From IMG/VR virus record IMGVR_UViG_3300029286_002355, positions 122,120 to 186,119 of that record: DNA of 64,000 bases, one strand, 5' to 3'. The position numbers and the translations under genes are program-made. Below the pieces are notes generated by a model that was not told the origin of the DNA, did no database searches, and was given only the letters and a program-made list of their open reading frames with translations. Each line of letters begins with the position of its first letter. Position 1 is the first letter of the stretch. The stretch is from a virus. This document shows, piece by piece, positions 1-9,623 of this stretch.

Positions 1-645
1 CCAATCGTGGAATGTACGATAATTTTCCCTTTGCTTTATTTGTAGCTCTGAAAATGTTCCTATTTTTTTATCTAGATCATTTAACTGTTGATATAGCTTT
101 TCTATAAGTTCTTCGGTAAGCGGAACACTTTCATCAACACGTTTTACACAGTTACATTGGGTGCTTAGTGGCAATTCTCCTCTCTGAATGTTGTATTTTG
201 CGTAAGCTTTTTCGAATTTGTCTACACGACGATTGTAAATGTCATCGGGCCACAATCCATACATTCTGCATGACAATGGACGATCTTTATAAACTGTGCA
301 TCTTCCTTCTTTGCTCAACAACATACAGGGTTTAACCATGGTTTCCATACCCCACTTAGCATATTCGTATCTGAAGAAATATTCAACGCTAGTGCATACA
401 ATATCTAATATTTCTTCTATGTTCTTGGTTTCATATATAGTAGAAAGTATTTGAAGAAATTCAGAATAGTTAATTTGCGGCATGGCAACCTTGCAACAAA
501 TATTTTGCTGCTTGCACGTGCTTTCCAAATTTATACTATCGTGGTATATGCTCTGTAAAACACTTTGTAAGTTGGTTCTTTTTCTAGCAATTTCAGACAA
601 CCTCTTCTGCCCTAGTTTCTTATGCTTTTTTGATTTATTTCCCAT
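1..645 (-). CDS. YkgJ-like cysteine-cluster (Fe/Zn-chelating) protein, 3' end runs off the window
   Basis: Not in the ORF track (truncated). Hand translation from ATG 645 (AAGGAG RBS upstream): MGNKSKKH...TCKQQNICCKV...PCMLLSKEGRCTVYKDRPLSCRMYG; open to position 1. Confidence 0.7.
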   Translation of the reverse strand, partial: MGNKSKKHKKLGQKRLSEIARKRTNLQSVLQSIYHDSINLESTCKQQNICCKVAMPQINYSEFLQILSTIYETKNIEEILDIVCTSVEYFFRYEYAKWGMETMVKPCMLLSKEGRCTVYKDRPLSCRMYGLWPDDIYNRRVDKFEKAYAKYNIQRGELPLSTQCNCVKRVDESVPLTEELIEKLYQQLNDLDKKIGTFSELQIKQRENYRTFHDW

Positions 646-675
646 GGTTCTCCTTTATAATATTATACAATAACT

Positions 676-1992
676 CTACTTTTTAATATATGGCAACAGT
701 CCTAATACTTCTACTTTTTTTAATTTTTTTACAATAAACTCAAATTTTGCTCCCAACACTTTTTCAACATAGTGTTTTTTAATAACAATTCTCCGAAGGT
801 ACGACTTCCAAAACTTAAATGTGGAATCAAACCCAGTTACCTCAACATATTTATTTTCTTTTGGAAAATAAAAATCATATCTACAAGAACCTAACCCTCC
901 ATACTTCTTATTGTACGAAAAGTTAATTTTCTGAATTCGATATTGGATATAAAAATAAGCATCAATCATAGACGAGCAAACAGTTCCATCGTCTAACATA
1001 ACCCCATTACAAGACGGACAACCGTTGCCGTCAACTCTTCCCATTATTCTAGCTTTCCATTCAAAGCCACACCTACTGCATTTCCACCATACGGATAAAT
1101 TGCTCCCCCAACTAACATCAAACGGAGTTAATTTTCCATTTTTGGTTGGATGCCATTCTCTTGATAACTCTAGATTTTTAGATCCTAATGAGTCACACTT
1201 AAAGCAAGACTTTAATCCTTTATTCCTCGCAAGGATTGATGCCAACCATTCGTTTTTACACTTTCCACATTTCCACCATACTTTTCTTTTACTGCCATAA
1301 GTTACATGATACGGAGTAACACTTCCATTCTTACTGGCATTCCATTCCGAAGCCAGTCTAGGATTTTGAGAGGCTAAACAATTACATATGGGGCAAGATT
1401 TTTCCAGAACACTCCTCGCTCTAATTTCCGCATCCCATTCGTGTCCGCATTTATTGCATTTCCACCATACTTTTTTACCGGATCTATAATCAACATCAAA
1501 CGGAGTTAATTTTCCATTTTTGGTTGGATGCCATTCTCTTGATAATCCAATTTCTTTTTCCCCCAGAGAATTACACTTAGAACATTTTGTTATTCTATTA
1601 TCTTGTGTTCTTAATAGAGGCGAAGACGCCCATTCATAACCACATTTATTACATTTCCACCATACTTTTTTACCGGATCTAAGGCTTATTTTATTAGGGG
1701 TCAAATCTCCGTTTTTGGTTGGATGCCATTCTTCTGCTAATTCTGGACATTTTTTAGACAAAGAATTATTTTCCGTAATGGCTCTCCCTATACACGATGG
1801 ACAATTATAATTTCTAATTCTATTGTTTATTATTGCTTCCCATTCATAACTACACTTATTACATTTCCACCATACTTTTTTATTACTTCTATAACAAAAA
1901 TCCTTTGGAGTCAAATTTCCGTTTTTGGTTGGATGCCACTGCTCTAACAAAGTAGGACAGGAATCGCTTAAGTTTCTATGCGAATGTTTCAT
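676..1992 (-). CDS. Zinc-ribbon-repeat protein with C-terminal PD-(D/E)XK-like nuclease domain (putative free-standing endonuclease)
   Basis: About 5 repeats of EWHPTKNGxLTP...KKVWWKCxKCGxEW...CxxC; C-terminal RYDFY...YVEV segment shared with 61708..62859. Confidence 0.7.
   Translation of the reverse strand: MKHSHRNLSDSCPTLLEQWHPTKNGNLTPKDFCYRSNKKVWWKCNKCSYEWEAIINNRIRNYNCPSCIGRAITENNSLSKKCPELAEEWHPTKNGDLTPNKISLRSGKKVWWKCNKCGYEWASSPLLRTQDNRITKCSKCNSLGEKEIGLSREWHPTKNGKLTPFDVDYRSGKKVWWKCNKCGHEWDAEIRARSVLEKSCPICNCLASQNPRLASEWNASKNGSVTPYHVTYGSKRKVWWKCGKCKNEWLASILARNKGLKSCFKCDSLGSKNLELSREWHPTKNGKLTPFDVSWGSNLSVWWKCSRCGFEWKARIMGRVDGNGCPSCNGVMLDDGTVCSSMIDAYFYIQYRIQKINFSYNKKYGGLGSCRYDFYFPKENKYVEVTGFDSTFKFWKSYLRRIVIKKHYVEKVLGAKFEFIVKKLKKVEVLGLLPYIKK
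1114..1545. repeat. Identical 54-bp direct repeat (1114-1167 and 1492-1545) inside the zinc-ribbon gene
   Basis: aacatcaaacggagttaattttccatttttggttggatgccattctcttgataa occurs twice. Confidence 0.85.
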
Positions 1993-2059
1993 GTTATAGT
2001 ATTCGATAAAATCTGAATAATTCCTTTGTTTATTTTATTAGAGAAACAGATATTCGCAG

Positions 2060-4597
2060 CTATTCAATTCTTTTTATCTCACTTAAACCGCATAACCCAG
2101 CATGTTTTTCTATAATGATGTTGTTTTTTAGCCGCTGTTGTATTTCTGGACTATGCGTAATTATCATGACCCTATCAAATCTGTTTTCCAGTCTTTCTAG
2201 CATTTTAAAAACAGATTCAACATGCGAATTATCTAGACAGTTAAATATTTCGTCAAGGCAAACCAATCCGGGCTTTTGGGAGGATCTTGAAAACGATAAC
2301 AAAGCCAAACCTACATCAACCGCCAATCGAACAATCATTTGCTCTCCACCGCTCAACATTTCGTAGGTATCTGCCGACCCTCCCGTTATAGTCATATCAA
2401 CCTTGGAACTATCATTAATAAACATTTTAACCACTACTTCTCCATGGCTTAAAATATCCAAGAATTCTCTGATATAGACATTGAGTAGCGGAAGGTATTT
2501 TTTTACAATACGTGTTTGTATTCCTTCTAGCCCATAAATTTCTTCAAGAATTAACATCCTCTTTAGAGTCTTGCCTTCTTTTTCAAACTCTTTTCTTTTG
2601 TTTTCTAGGTTTGTTTTTAACTGTTCGAAATTTTCTATTTCTTTACCCAAGAATCCAACTTTTTCTGAGTATTTTTGTTTGCGCTGCGAATACTCATCTT
2701 TCTTCTTTTTGTTCTCTTCTAGCTTGGCTTTTACAATGGCCGCTTCTGCCTCTGCCTGTTTGTATTTTTGAGTTAATTCCGACAATTTGTTTTGAATAGA
2801 TTCGATTTCAACCTTAAAGCGGGTTTCAATTTCAATACACTTCTGTTTGTATTCTTTGGATTTGAGTTCAAGCCCCTTTATAGATTTACTGGATTCCTCT
2901 ATTTCGGTTTTTTCAACTTTAAGAGTGGCTTCAACCTCTTTGAGTCTTTCATGGTATTCCGTGAATGATTTAAACTCGGCAAGAATATCGTTATGTTCTA
3001 TCTGACTCTGTAGGCTTCCTCTTGCTCGATTCTCTAAATTAGACAAAAACGCTTTATCAACGGATAACTTCTCAGAAATCTCTTTCATAATTCTTGTTTT
3101 TTCTTCGCAAGCAAGAAGAGCTTCTTTTAGTTTGGATTCTATATGGTCTTTTGTCACCTTCATTTTGCATTCGCTACAAATGAAAGAATCACCCTTTTTA
3201 AGTTGGTTCTGAAATTTAAGTATAATTTCCTGATATTCCTGCACTTTCGACTTGAGTTTGGATATCTCGCCAACTTTTTCCTCAACATTTACTTTAGCAT
3301 TTGGAATCAGTTTTTCTACTTCGGTTTTGGCATCAATAATTTTTTTGAGTTGGGCTAACTTGTTTTCTTTTTCTCCTTTGTTGAAAGCCTTTATCTTGTT
3401 CTCTAGGATTGTCTTTCGTTCTATGCCCTTACAAACCCTATCTTCTTTGGTCTGTAAGGAAGCACTCTGTTTAAGGAGTTCCGCTTCTGATTCTTTTTGA
3501 AGTTTATCCCAATCCGCTAATTGTTTTGCGCATTCTTCTTCTCTTTCTTTCTTTTGTTTTTTGTAATTTCTCCCTTCTTCCATAATCAGTCCTAATTTGG
3601 AAATAGGCTCTGACTTTGAAAGAAGATCGATTTCGTTCTGTAAATCCGTAATGTTCTTGTCGCATAAAATAACCTTTTCGTTACATTCCTTTTGGATAAC
3701 GGATAAAGCGTTTACGAGCCCCTGAGGAGAATCTATTTTTGATTTATCTTCCATTATCCCCATCATGTCTTCGTAATTAATGTAAGCTTTAAGGAACATA
3801 TCTTCAAGAAAAGAAACATTGGATTGGATCGCTTGAACAACCTTATCTTGAGCATTTTTTTTCTTACGCAAATTTTCCAAGCATCCAACTACTACATTTT
3901 CCAAACGCAAAAGACTAATTAACATTTCTTTCCTAGTTTTGTCGCCGCCAGTTAGATATTTCCCAGCATCGTTTTGTCCAAACATCTGACTGTTAACAAA
4001 AACATCGTAATCCTGAGTAATAACATCGGAAATAGATTCTTTAGTATCGGTTGTTCTATGGCCCGACAAGCTATCAGAACCGTCTTTGCTAATGCATTCA
4101 AATTCCAACAAAGGAGTGCTACTTTTCTGAGTTGAAACAAAAGTCCTGCCTCTCTTAATACGATATATCCTATCCGCATCTTCCAAAAATTCTTCTACAT
4201 AGGATTCTCTTAGATTGGGTGGATATTTCCCATTTATCTTTGTTACAACAGATAAACCCGCTTTTTCTACCTTATCTGAATTCCTAGTCTTACGAACAAT
4301 TTTTTCATAATGGGCATAACAAATTCCCTCCATGATACTGCTTTTACCCACTCCATTAGACATATCGACATTACCATCTACTAATCCTATGATGCCTAAT
4401 TGTTTTTCTATGCCCCTTTGTTTAGCTTTCTTAATATGGGTAACAGGATCTTTTTTAACCCCCTCATATATGTCATCCATGGTTATTTTTTCTTCTTTCA
4501 AGTCCATCTTTTGTTGAGAAGTAAGATCGAATACAATAGTGTTATTACTTTCCCCGAAGCGAAGAAAGTTATGGAACTTCATGGCGTAAACTTGCAT
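2060..4597 (-). CDS. sbcC: SbcC/Rad50-like SMC ATPase
   Basis: Walker A NGVGKSS, long coiled coil with CSEC zinc hook, LSGGE signature, Walker B CLDE, H-loop ITH. Confidence 0.92.
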   Translation of the reverse strand: MQVYAMKFHNFLRFGESNNTIVFDLTSQQKMDLKEEKITMDDIYEGVKKDPVTHIKKAKQRGIEKQLGIIGLVDGNVDMSNGVGKSSIMEGICYAHYEKIVRKTRNSDKVEKAGLSVVTKINGKYPPNLRESYVEEFLEDADRIYRIKRGRTFVSTQKSSTPLLEFECISKDGSDSLSGHRTTDTKESISDVITQDYDVFVNSQMFGQNDAGKYLTGGDKTRKEMLISLLRLENVVVGCLENLRKKKNAQDKVVQAIQSNVSFLEDMFLKAYINYEDMMGIMEDKSKIDSPQGLVNALSVIQKECNEKVILCDKNITDLQNEIDLLSKSEPISKLGLIMEEGRNYKKQKKEREEECAKQLADWDKLQKESEAELLKQSASLQTKEDRVCKGIERKTILENKIKAFNKGEKENKLAQLKKIIDAKTEVEKLIPNAKVNVEEKVGEISKLKSKVQEYQEIILKFQNQLKKGDSFICSECKMKVTKDHIESKLKEALLACEEKTRIMKEISEKLSVDKAFLSNLENRARGSLQSQIEHNDILAEFKSFTEYHERLKEVEATLKVEKTEIEESSKSIKGLELKSKEYKQKCIEIETRFKVEIESIQNKLSELTQKYKQAEAEAAIVKAKLEENKKKKDEYSQRKQKYSEKVGFLGKEIENFEQLKTNLENKRKEFEKEGKTLKRMLILEEIYGLEGIQTRIVKKYLPLLNVYIREFLDILSHGEVVVKMFINDSSKVDMTITGGSADTYEMLSGGEQMIVRLAVDVGLALLSFSRSSQKPGLVCLDEIFNCLDNSHVESVFKMLERLENRFDRVMIITHSPEIQQRLKNNIIIEKHAGLCGLSEIKRIE

Positions 4598-5883
4598 TAT
4601 TTAGCCTCCGTTGCTTCTTTATAGATATCCGTAGACATTTGAATCAAAATGTCCTGTTCCTCTTTGATTACTTCACGTTCTTTGATCATGTCGTTGATAG
4701 TTCCCAACACAACCACTTCATTAATGCGCCCTTCCCCCAAAATAGTTTCTTCAATTTCCATAGCTTCTTTGTCTTCTTCTTCGTCAATTACTTTTTGTTC
4801 ATGGAATACATGTATGGGATTTATTTTCTGACGAATCTTTCTTTTAATCTCTTCCAATCCCAAAGAGAAATCCATCAACTCATTATTATTTCCAACAAAA
4901 GATATCTTAACGATAGCTCCCTTGAACCCCTTAGGAACGGCATCCAAAGTGTTTTCTATCTGTTTAATATTACCTTTTAGTTCAAGCATCGGACGGCAGT
5001 TGGGATATTCAATAAATTTACATTTACCCATTGGAGAATTTTCAACTATTTTATCATCATAAACTACAAAACCCTTTTTGTGGTCTATTTCTGTCATATC
5101 TGTTTTTTCTATACTGCCACAATACATAGAGATACTGTTTTTAACTGGAAGAATTTGAAACTGATGATAGTCTCCAAGGAATATATATTTTGCACCTATT
5201 AACTCCAAATCTTCAAGACCAATATCGTTTAAGTTGGTGTTGTAGAAATTTTTCTTGCCTGTTGTTGTTGTATTCGTAATCGTGCGCTCGGTTTGTAACT
5301 CAACATATTGGCTTTTAATAGCACCCTTAACCCCAAAATGACCGAAAAAAAGTTTTTCTTTCAAAGCTAACTCAGGTTGCTCTTTAATTTTCGCCTCTAC
5401 TTGCCTAATAAAAGTGTGTAGCTGATCCTTGATAAGTATTTTCCCTTGTTCAACCTCCATCGAATAAGGAAATAGCAAAAGAAGTTTGTCTTTGAATTCT
5501 AGAATCTGAGGGGTTTCAACAACCTTGATATTCTTAAACTGGGATCTGGCAATGGGGCGAAGGGCGTGGTGCTTCTTACAAACATCATGATTCCCTACCA
5601 AAATAATAATGGGTATCTTGGCTTCGGTTAGTTCTCTTAGTTTGGCATTAAAGAAAGCTCTAACATCATTAGAAGGATCAAAGGTTTCAAAAGAATCGCC
5701 TGCTATAACAATCAGATCAGGTTTAATTTGATCTTTGTTTAGAGAAATCATATATTCGAATGACTTCATGAAATCAACGGATCTAAAAGGCATATCGGAA
5801 TACCCTTTATCCATAACACCTTTATAAACCGATTTATTAAGGTGTAAATCTGCCATGATGCTTATTTTCAAAGTAGTTCCCAC
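4597..5883 (-). CDS. sbcD: SbcD/Mre11-like metallophosphoesterase nuclease
   Basis: DLH, GD, GNHD, GHF and LGDYH motifs; translationally coupled to sbcC. Confidence 0.92.
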   Translation of the reverse strand: MGTTLKISIMADLHLNKSVYKGVMDKGYSDMPFRSVDFMKSFEYMISLNKDQIKPDLIVIAGDSFETFDPSNDVRAFFNAKLRELTEAKIPIIILVGNHDVCKKHHALRPIARSQFKNIKVVETPQILEFKDKLLLLFPYSMEVEQGKILIKDQLHTFIRQVEAKIKEQPELALKEKLFFGHFGVKGAIKSQYVELQTERTITNTTTTGKKNFYNTNLNDIGLEDLELIGAKYIFLGDYHQFQILPVKNSISMYCGSIEKTDMTEIDHKKGFVVYDDKIVENSPMGKCKFIEYPNCRPMLELKGNIKQIENTLDAVPKGFKGAIVKISFVGNNNELMDFSLGLEEIKRKIRQKINPIHVFHEQKVIDEEEDKEAMEIEETILGEGRINEVVVLGTINDMIKEREVIKEEQDILIQMSTDIYKEATEAK

Positions 5884-6119
5884 CCTTCTAATTCTAGTTC
5901 ATATGCGAATCTTTCAATCCCACTAACCAAGTGATTGTGTTTTTTGTAAAACTCGCAATGACATGCTCCGTCACGCCAAGGGTTTCGACATTGGTTACAT
6001 GTTGTTTTTGATTGAACAAATTCTCTATACGCTCTTATCAACGGATGATTCCTTGCTTGCTTCTTGAATAGGTTCTTGAATAGGCTCATCGTCTTTCTCC
6101 TTTTTTCGTCTAACTCCAA
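5868..6119 (-). CDS. Hypothetical small Cys/His protein (start probably MSLFKN)
   Basis: ORF in operon orientation, CxxC...CHC; overlaps both neighbours. Confidence 0.45.
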   Translation of the reverse strand: MELDEKRRKTMSLFKNLFKKQARNHPLIRAYREFVQSKTTCNQCRNPWRDGACHCEFYKKHNHLVSGIERFAYELELEGWELL

Positions 6120-6252
6120 GTATTTCTTTCATTTTATCTGGACTTTCATTAGATAGTTTTTCCCAATGTTTATCGCATAAAGGTTTCCCGAAATATGTTA
6201 TCTCTACTTTGTCTTTACACTTCTTAAACCAACATGTGCAAACTTCACTCAT
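6025..6252 (-). CDS. Hypothetical small zinc-finger protein
   Basis: CxCxxxxC...LCxxH; follows a TGTATAAT promoter motif at 6282-6289. Confidence 0.55.
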   Translation of the reverse strand: MSEVCTCWFKKCKDKVEITYFGKPLCDKHWEKLSNESPDKMKEILGVRRKKEKDDEPIQEPIQEASKESSVDKSV

Positions 6253-6288
6253 GACAACCTGTTATTGTTTTTCATAGAGATATTATAC

Positions 6289-6325
6289 AAAAAAGGGAGT
6301 AAAGAAAAATCTTTACTCCCTTTTT
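6289..6325. terminator. Intrinsic terminator (bidirectional hairpin)
   Basis: aaaagggagtaaag-aaaaat-ctttactccctttt perfect inverted repeat just after the SpoVS-like gene. Confidence 0.85.
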
Positions 6326-6345
6326 GTTTTGTAATCAGTTCTATA

Positions 6346-7080
6346 CTAGGCTTCGTTACTAAAACAATAGAAGGCTATGCCGGTACGTTCGTTGTCTCCC
6401 ATTTCGGTTACTATAAAATCATCAAAGGCATATAGATCTGCGCCTCTAGTGGCCGTAAATCCTCTTGCAATAGCCAACGCTTTACAGGCCTTACCGATAC
6501 AGGCATTCCCGAAACATCTAACCAAACATTCCTTGTTTTCTTCAACAGCATGTGTAATAGCTCCAGCAAGTTTCCTTACTCGAATTCGTCTTTCTGCGGG
6601 ATCGATATCTTTAGGGTCTGCCTTAACCATAAGAACGCTTTTTACTTTCTCTAAATCAATTTTTTTAGTTTTTTCTGAAGCAAAGACGCAAAAGACAATG
6701 CCAGTTAATGTGCTATCACCAATTTGTGCCGTTAAAAACGCTGGTGCATAAGCTAGTTGCAGATTGTTCGTGTCCTCAACATAAGACTTAGCAATAGCAA
6801 GTGCTTTGACCGACTTCCCAATAGCTGCGTTTCCAAATGCCCTAACGTTAATTTCTCCATTGGTTCTTAAAGAATGGCTGATGGCTCCTGCTAATTTTTT
6901 TACATTTCTTTTTCTATCTTCTGGCGTAATATCGGCAGGATCGGCAGCAACTTTAAGTGCAGGTTTTGAATCATCGGTTAATGGTTTTGGGACAGATGCT
7001 TGTGGTATTGCTTCAACTAACTCCTTGTCTTCGTGCATTTCCTCAAGATCGTTTTTATCTATTACTATATTTTCAGTCAT
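6346..7080 (-). CDS. spoVS: Tandem two-domain SpoVS-family (Alba-like fold) protein
   Basis: Two copies of LKV/LMVKA..LAGAI....RxFGNAxIGKxxKALAIA; second copy AIARGF....LY...F....GxNERTGI matches the SpoVS pattern. Confidence 0.8.
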   Translation of the reverse strand: MTENIVIDKNDLEEMHEDKELVEAIPQASVPKPLTDDSKPALKVAADPADITPEDRKRNVKKLAGAISHSLRTNGEINVRAFGNAAIGKSVKALAIAKSYVEDTNNLQLAYAPAFLTAQIGDSTLTGIVFCVFASEKTKKIDLEKVKSVLMVKADPKDIDPAERRIRVRKLAGAITHAVEENKECLVRCFGNACIGKACKALAIARGFTATRGADLYAFDDFIVTEMGDNERTGIAFYCFSNEA

Positions 7081-7172
7081 CTCATCCTCCTATTTGTATA
7101 ATTCAATTTTTGTGAGCAACATTCATTTGGTGCTCTTATACATTATACAAGAAGCGGAGTGATTTTAACCAC

Positions 7173-7206
7173 AAAAAAAGGAGACCAAGAGTGGTCTCCT
7201 TTTTTT
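7173..7206. terminator. Intrinsic terminator (bidirectional hairpin)
   Basis: aaaaaaaggagacc-aagagt-ggtctccttttttt. Confidence 0.85.
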
Positions 7207-7228
7207 AGGTCATGAACAACTAATTGAT

Positions 7229-8122
7229 TTAGTTACTGCCTAATTTTGATATATAATGCTCTTTATTTTTTCGTAGCTCCCTTATGGTTCGCATAATGAA
7301 ATCTGTTTCTTCAGTTTTCTTTAATTCAACGGCGTACTTTAAGCGGCTAGACCCTTCGACAACATAGCTAATGAGTTTGAAGTCACCATTGATTGCGCCT
7401 TTACCCTTTAGGAGTTCCTTTACTACCTTTGAACATTTATTTTTACAAAATTTCTTGGCTTGATTTCTAGTAATATGCACAAAACCATGTTTAGTTCGAT
7501 ATTCTTTAATCAGGGCTGTTAAGCTATTCCCTTCGCTTACTTTTTCTAGAAATTTCTTGAGACGAGAGTTATTATTGGCTAAGATTTCTAGGGTTTCGTC
7601 AAAATGAGTTTTATTCAAATTGAATTCTTTTTCATGTGGGTTTCCGCTAGGGATAACATCTTTTAATGTAACTTCTGATCCATCTTTATCGTTATACGGG
7701 AAGTCAAGAGATAGAATCATTCCACATAGAGGCCCATTATAGAATTCCGAAATTCTCTTTTTTGCATGTTTACTATTTTTTATGTTTTTTACTCTGTTTA
7801 GTAAAAACGTAAACAGGCAAGTATTAAATGATCCACGCCGCCTGTCATATTTCTGAGCCGCTCTGACAAAAACTACAGATAATTCGGAAAACAAATCTTC
7901 TACGCTAATGGCTAGGCCGGGGTAAAAGTGTTTGGTTGCCCAGCTTCTTAATGTTGGAATCCTATTCCTATATACCTTTTCAAGAACTTTCATATCTCCG
8001 GTTTTTTGAAAATCTACTACATCTTTATTTTCTTGATTTCTATCAATACAAACCATACTTTCGTCTATATCATATGCCATGTTGTTATCTTTCATCCACT
8101 CTGTACTGTTATTACTCTGCAT
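7229..8122 (-). CDS. Phage sigma70-family sigma factor-like protein
   Basis: Region 2-like EDLFSELSVVFVRAAQKYDRRRGSFNTCLFTFLLNRVKN and region 3-like ILSLD...TLKDVI; GGAGGG RBS. Confidence 0.7.
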   Translation of the reverse strand: MQSNNSTEWMKDNNMAYDIDESMVCIDRNQENKDVVDFQKTGDMKVLEKVYRNRIPTLRSWATKHFYPGLAISVEDLFSELSVVFVRAAQKYDRRRGSFNTCLFTFLLNRVKNIKNSKHAKKRISEFYNGPLCGMILSLDFPYNDKDGSEVTLKDVIPSGNPHEKEFNLNKTHFDETLEILANNNSRLKKFLEKVSEGNSLTALIKEYRTKHGFVHITRNQAKKFCKNKCSKVVKELLKGKGAINGDFKLISYVVEGSSRLKYAVELKKTEETDFIMRTIRELRKNKEHYISKLGSN

Positions 8123-8143
8123 AGCCCTCCCTTGTTGTTTGTT

Positions 8144-8857
8144 TTACTTTTCCCAGCAAATAGTTTGATATTCGCAAACAATACATTCTCTATTATTTTT
8201 CTCTTTATAAGGTCTCAAAGGTATAGTGCCTTTTATTTGATTCCCGAACAGTTGAAGACATTTGTTTTTGGCTGACGTAATGATAGATTTATAAGGCAAT
8301 ATATGGAAGATGTTGTAGTCTTGAGTATTCTTGTTTTCATAAAGTAAAAGGCCGTTTTTAACTTCTGATAACCACATAAGAAGCATAAGTTCAATAACAT
8401 GCCTTTTGATTGATCCCTCTTCATTTACTTTGGAGTACTCGTCTTCGGATAAAACTTTCACAAGGAGAACAAAAATACAATCCTTTATTTTAAGAATGGC
8501 ATCGATTTTACCATTAAGATTATAATTGCAATCGGCGGTAACGACATCCCTAGCTACAACTTTAATTCCGCTAAAACTATCAAGAAAATCAACCCATTTG
8601 TTTTTAGTATATTCTCTAATAACGTCCTGTTGATAAGAATAATTTTGATCTACTTTAGTTCCTCTAGCACGATAAATAATTCGTCTTGGGCATTCTGTAA
8701 TTTGTGTAGGGTTATATACTTCGTTATTTTTTACGAAATTCCTTCTTTTTATTTCATCTTTTATCAGGCCGTGTATATCTTTTGTCCATTCGTCTTTTTT
8801 GACAAATATATCTTTACTGTGCATAGAGAATCTCTTTGGATGTTTCTTCTCGAACAA
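8144..8857 (-). CDS. Cas4/AddB-like PD-(D/E)XK protein with 4Fe-4S staple, catalytic motifs degenerate
   Basis: PTQITECPRR, GKIDAI, C-terminal CxxCxYxxxC; LVK in place of ExK and no QxxxY. Confidence 0.7.
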   Translation of the reverse strand: MFEKKHPKRFSMHSKDIFVKKDEWTKDIHGLIKDEIKRRNFVKNNEVYNPTQITECPRRIIYRARGTKVDQNYSYQQDVIREYTKNKWVDFLDSFSGIKVVARDVVTADCNYNLNGKIDAILKIKDCIFVLLVKVLSEDEYSKVNEEGSIKRHVIELMLLMWLSEVKNGLLLYENKNTQDYNIFHILPYKSIITSAKNKCLQLFGNQIKGTIPLRPYKEKNNRECIVCEYQTICWEK

Positions 8858-9617
8858 CCTTTTGGCAAAGCTTGTAGATTTCGGATTGAGTTAAGGTCTT
8901 CTCAAGTTTAAGGAAAGCATCCAATCCTTCTTTGCTGACAAATACATCGGGATCTATCTTAAGAGGCAAATGGATGACGGATATATTTTCACAAAAGTCA
9001 TATTTTTTTAAAATGGTAATGGCTATTTGTTTACCTTTGTCTCCAGATTCGTTGTCATCGGTATCAAAACATAAACAAATGTTATTGCAGTATCTAGCAA
9101 TCAAACTAATTTTACGTAAGGCAAAAGCGGTTCCCATAATCCCAACAACATTTTTTAGACCATATTGAAACAAAACTAAAGCGTCCATATACCCTTCTAC
9201 GACATAGACCTTATTTTTTTCAAAGATGGTCTTGCGAGCTTTATCTAAAAGAAAAAGATGATTTCCTTTTTTGAAAGGCGATGGTAAATTCCACCAAGAA
9301 TTTCCCGGCTTTGACGTAGGACTTCTAGTAGCAAAAGCAACAACCTCCCCAAATTCAGAAAAGATAGGGACTATAATTTTTCCATGAATATAAGGAGAGA
9401 TATCCCATCTTTTTTCTGTATCCCCCGAACCATAAAAACGGACAGGATCGGGAATGTTAAAACCTGTCTTACAATAACCTATTATATGAGAATTCCAAGA
9501 TTTTTCAAGTAGTTTTCTCTCATTAATAAGATATTCTCTGGCAGTTTTAATTTCCCGATCTGCACCCGATAAGAGCGAAACATTACACTCTTTTATAAAC
9601 TCTGACAGATCAGACAT
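8814..9617 (-). CDS. dnaG: DnaG-type primase core (no N-terminal zinc-binding domain)
   Basis: AREYL..RKL...IGY, IIVPI...GEVVAFATR, Toprim VVEGYMD and CFDTD..G. Confidence 0.85.
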   Translation of the reverse strand: MSDLSEFIKECNVSLLSGADREIKTAREYLINERKLLEKSWNSHIIGYCKTGFNIPDPVRFYGSGDTEKRWDISPYIHGKIIVPIFSEFGEVVAFATRSPTSKPGNSWWNLPSPFKKGNHLFLLDKARKTIFEKNKVYVVEGYMDALVLFQYGLKNVVGIMGTAFALRKISLIARYCNNICLCFDTDDNESGDKGKQIAITILKKYDFCENISVIHLPLKIDPDVFVSKEGLDAFLKLEKTLTQSEIYKLCQKVVREETSKEILYAQ

Positions 9618-9623
9618 TTATGC

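Noticed and set aside
6346-8122. SpoVS plus sigma factor as proof of a spore-forming host
   Set aside because: SpoVS also occurs in non-sporulating phyla, and the sigma-like protein cannot be assigned to SigF/SigG by eye.
8144-8857. Cas4-like gene as evidence of a CRISPR-Cas system
   Set aside because: No repeat-spacer array, cas1/cas2 or effector genes in the window; solo Cas4-like proteins are common in phages.
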